Assembly (NCBI GenBank): GCA_963809895.1
Contig: CAWELD010000003.1
Span: 768,001-832,000 of the forward strand
Direction: 5' to 3'
From: an uncultured Gemmatimonadales bacterium
GTDB taxonomy: Bacteria > Gemmatimonadota > Gemmatimonadetes > Longimicrobiales > Gaopeijiaceae
DNA: 64,000 bases
Under the pieces are notes generated by a model. That model saw only the letters and a program-made list of their open reading frames with translations. It was not told where the DNA came from and did not search any database. Numbering within the stretch: position 1 is the stretch's first letter; every line of letters starts with the position of its first letter. Below are positions 61,314 to 64,000 of this stretch, one piece after another. A program made the position numbers and the translations under genes.

Positions 61314-64000
61314 CGGCTGCCCTCCTGGAACGTGACCCGGGCGCCGAGCTGGATCTGCCACTGGGAGTCCGGGGACCGGGGATTCCAGGGGGGCGAGACT
61401 CCGCCCTCGCCGTTGGGGCGCGAGAGGATGCCTCCGCCCCACTGCAGGAGCTCGCCGCAGTCGCACTCCTCGTACATGGGGATGATGGGCGGCGCGGTCT
61501 CGATGCGGCCCCAGGTCCCGTGCAGGAGGTTGAGGACGTTGATGAGATCCGCCTCGAAACGCAGGTCCGCGGCTCCGAGACGAAGGCGCTGCGCCAGCCG
61601 CAGATCCAGCCGGTTCTCCCAGGGCGTGCGGCAGCCGTTCCGCTCCAGGATCTGTCCGCGGTGGCTGGCGAGACAGGCGTCGCTGCCGAGCGCTGCCTGG
61701 GTGAGGATCTTGGTCGCCAGCGTCGCGGGCAGCTCGTCGCCGGAGCGAGGCACGTAGATGGGATCGTTCCAGCGGTCCTGGGTGCCGCCGAGGCCGGGGA
61801 AGCCGTCGCCGTTGAGGTCGAAGTCGTAGACGTAGGTGAAGGGTGTGCCGGACTGGCCGGTGAAGAGGAGCGAGATCTCGGTATCCTCGAACCCCGGGGG
61901 CGCACCGAAGAGCGCCACCACGAACTTGTGCGGGCGATCGAAAGCCGAGGTCACCAGCAGCGGCTTGTTGATGCTCACGGTGCTCGGATTCAGACCGAAA
62001 TTGGACAGCATGTCACCGAAGATCAGGCTCATGCGGTCCCAGGAGCGCGCCAGGGAGTAGCCGGCCTGCACGCGGAGCCCCTCGGCGATCTGCCCCCGCA
62101 CCTCGGCGGTGATGGAGACGCCCCAGTCCTCGCCGTCGTTCTGCACGACCAGCACGTGATCGAAGGGCGAGATCACGCTGCCGAAGCCAGGGATGTCGTG
62201 CTTGCGCGGCTCGTAGAAGTTGCGTTGGTCACCCAGACGGAGCTCGGCGGGCGTGGGATTGCCGCCGAACTGCGAGCTCGCCAACGCCGGCTTCACCTGG
62301 TGGATCGCCTTGCTGAAGAGGGTTCCCAGAGACGCGCTCCAGTGGTCGGTGAGCTCGCGGTCCACCGCCATGGAGAACTTGATGTCCTGCGGGAACTTGA
62401 AGTCGTCGCGGAAGACCACCACGTCGCCCAGGCCGCCACAACCCCCGGGCGTCGCGCCCGGATCGAAGGCGGGCGTGTCCTCACCCTCGCACGCCACCGT
62501 GCGGGTGCGCACGCCGTCGTTATGGAGCGCGTCGGCGAGCCAGATGTAGGGGAGCTGGCCCGTGAACATCCCGCCCCCGACGCGGAGCTGTGTCCTGTGC
62601 TCACCGCTGCTCTGCCAGTTGAATCCCCACCTGGGCGAGATCAGGAGATTGCCGCTGGGCACGTTCGACGTGTGGTACCCGAAGAAGTCCAGCACGCCGA
62701 CGTTCTCGCCCGCCGTGGCGAGGAAGTGGGGCACGTCCAGGCGGATCCCCAGCATGAGGGAGAGGCCCTCGCGGAGCGTGAGGTGGTTCTGCGCGAACAG
62801 GCCCCACTCCAGCACGTCGAAGTTGACGTCGGGCGGCTCGCCATCGGTGACCACGCCACGCTGGAAGCGCGTGGGCGTGTTGGCCTCCAGATGGGCGAGA
62901 CTCGGGAAGTAGTACTCGCCCGAGGCGCCCGGCAGATAGCCGTGGGAGAGATCGTACCAGGCGGCGGTCGCGCCCACGGTGAGCACCCGCTCGGCGTTCA
63001 CGAAGCTGAGCGCCTCCGACAGGCGGACCGCGGTCTGCGAAAGCGCGTTCTGCTGTCCGAACAGGTTGCCGCCGAGCCGCACCTCACGCTGGTACGGCAC
63101 ACCGTCGATGTCGCTGCGGAGGTCCACCACCAACTGCGGCCAGTCGGCGGCGGCGCGGGTGTCGTCGGTGCTCCTCACTACCGACAGCTCCAGCTCGTTG
63201 GATCCCACGCCCTCGATGTCGCTGAAGAGCTGGAGCGAAGTGGTGTTGGAGGTCGAGGTGTGGAAGAGGGCGTTGGAGGAGAGCTCGTAGGGCCCGAAGC
63301 CGGTCCGGTTGGGCTCCTCGTCGTTGGAGGCCCGCACGAAGACGTTCCGGAGCGTCATCCGCTGTCCCTGGGCCAGGTTCCAGTCCACGCGCGCGAACAC
63401 GTTGGACAGGTGCTGTGCCAGGGAATAGGTGCCGGCGGTGCCGGCGTCCAGGCCGAACTGGGCCTCGACGGCGTCCTGGAGCTCGGTCATGGCTTCGGGG
63501 GAGATGCGCACCAGCGCCGGATCGTCCCGGAAGAGGTTGTAGCCCACGGGGACACGGTGGCGCTCCTCGAACTCGCCGGCCACGAAGAAGTGGGCCCGGT
63601 CGCGCACGATGGGCCCACCCACGGACAGCGCCGCCAACGAACGATCCACCCCCGAGGCGTCGACGGGCCCCGTGGCCAGATTGAGGTCGCCCATGAGGGC
63701 CTCGTTCCTGTGCACGGCCGAGGCGCGCACCCGCCAGTCGTTGGTGCCGGAACGGGTCACCGCGTTCATGACGCCACCGGTGAATCCCGACAGGCGCACG
63801 TCGAAGGGCGCGATCAGGACCTCGTACTGGGAGATCGCATCCAGGGGGATGAGCTTGGCGCCGGACTGTCCCCCGGGCACGCCGCCCGAGGTGAGCCCGA
63901 ACATGTCCTTGTTGAGCACGCCGTCGACCAGGATGGCGTTGTAGCGGTCGTTCTGGCCCGCCACCGAGAAGCCCCCGCTCTCGGTGGGCTTCACGAGAGG
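61310..64000 (-). CDS. TonB-dependent receptor, Oar type, paralog of 48982-52158 (5' end outside the window)
   Basis: TESGGFSVAGQNDRYNAIL.DGVLNKD, AKLIPLDAISQYEV, SPDSQWQIQLGARVTF. Confidence 0.92.
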   Translation of the reverse strand, partial: PLVKPTESGGFSVAGQNDRYNAILVDGVLNKDMFGLTSGGVPGGQSGAKLIPLDAISQYEVLIAPFDVRLSGFTGGVMNAVTRSGTNDWRVRASAVHRNEALMGDLNLATGPVDASGVDRSLAALSVGGPIVRDRAHFFVAGEFEERHRVPVGYNLFRDDPALVRISPEAMTELQDAVEAQFGLDAGTAGTYSLAQHLSNVFARVDWNLAQGQRMTLRNVFVRASNDEEPNRTGFGPYELSSNALFHTSTSNTTSLQLFSDIEGVGSNELELSVVRSTDDTRAAADWPQLVVDLRSDIDGVPYQREVRLGGNLFGQQNALSQTAVRLSEALSFVNAERVLTVGATAAWYDLSHGYLPGASGEYYFPSLAHLEANTPTRFQRGVVTDGEPPDVNFDVLEWGLFAQNHLTLREGLSLMLGIRLDVPHFLATAGENVGVLDFFGYHTSNVPSGNLLISPRWGFNWQSSGEHRTQLRVGGGMFTGQLPYIWLADALHNDGVRTRTVACEGEDTPAFDPGATPGGCGGLGDVVVFRDDFKFPQDIKFSMAVDRELTDHWSASLGTLFSKAIHQVKPALASSQFGGNPTPAELRLGDQRNFYEPRKHDIPGFGSVISPFDHVLVVQNDGEDWGVSITAEVRGQIAEGLRVQAGYSLARSWDRMSLIFGDMLSNFGLNPSTVSINKPLLVTSAFDRPHKFVVALFGAPPGFEDTEISLLFTGQSGTPFTYVYDFDLNGDGFPGLGGTQDRWNDPIYVPRSGDELPATLATKILTQAALGSDACLASHRGQILERNGCRTPWENRLDLRLAQRLRLGAADLRFEADLINVLNLLHGTWGRIETAPPIIPMYEECDCGELLQWGGGILSRPNGEGGVSPPWNPRSPDSQWQIQLGARVTFQEGSR

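Overview
This is high-GC bacterial chromosome; the gene content (ADOP permease, HEAT-repeat/ECF operon, Oar-type TonB receptors, CIRCE) suggests Gemmatimonadota or a similar lineage, which is an inference. Bases 1-47.6 kb are mostly core genome: an ECF sigma/HEAT-repeat operon, REC-GGDEF plus a PilB-REC ATPase, a porin, secDF-tatD-DUF47-pit-mutL-miaA-bshA-uppP-nadC-birA-coaX, a squalene synthase-like gene, CIRCE-groES-groEL, a PepX-like peptidase, Trx-VKOR, thrS-infC-rpmI-rplT-pheST-zapB-zapA-(6S-like RNA)-rny-folD-xseAB-ispA-dxs-nadK-recN, tRNA-Gly and tRNA-Cys. Seven reading-frame breaks are all single extra bases and are most likely sequencing errors. From tRNA-Cys (47.86 kb) onward is an accessory region. 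It holds a 6261-bp integrase-less island bounded by a 97-bp direct repeat that begins at the tRNA-Cys anticodon loop, three copies of a 169-bp tripartite palindromic element, and two tandem secreted six-cysteine miniproteins sharing a conserved motif. It also holds two paralogous TonB-receptor/lipoprotein pairs, a beta-propeller lipoprotein, an ADOP permease and a secreted amidohydrolase. The miniprotein/receptor locus and the repeat element are the best candidates for an undescribed system.
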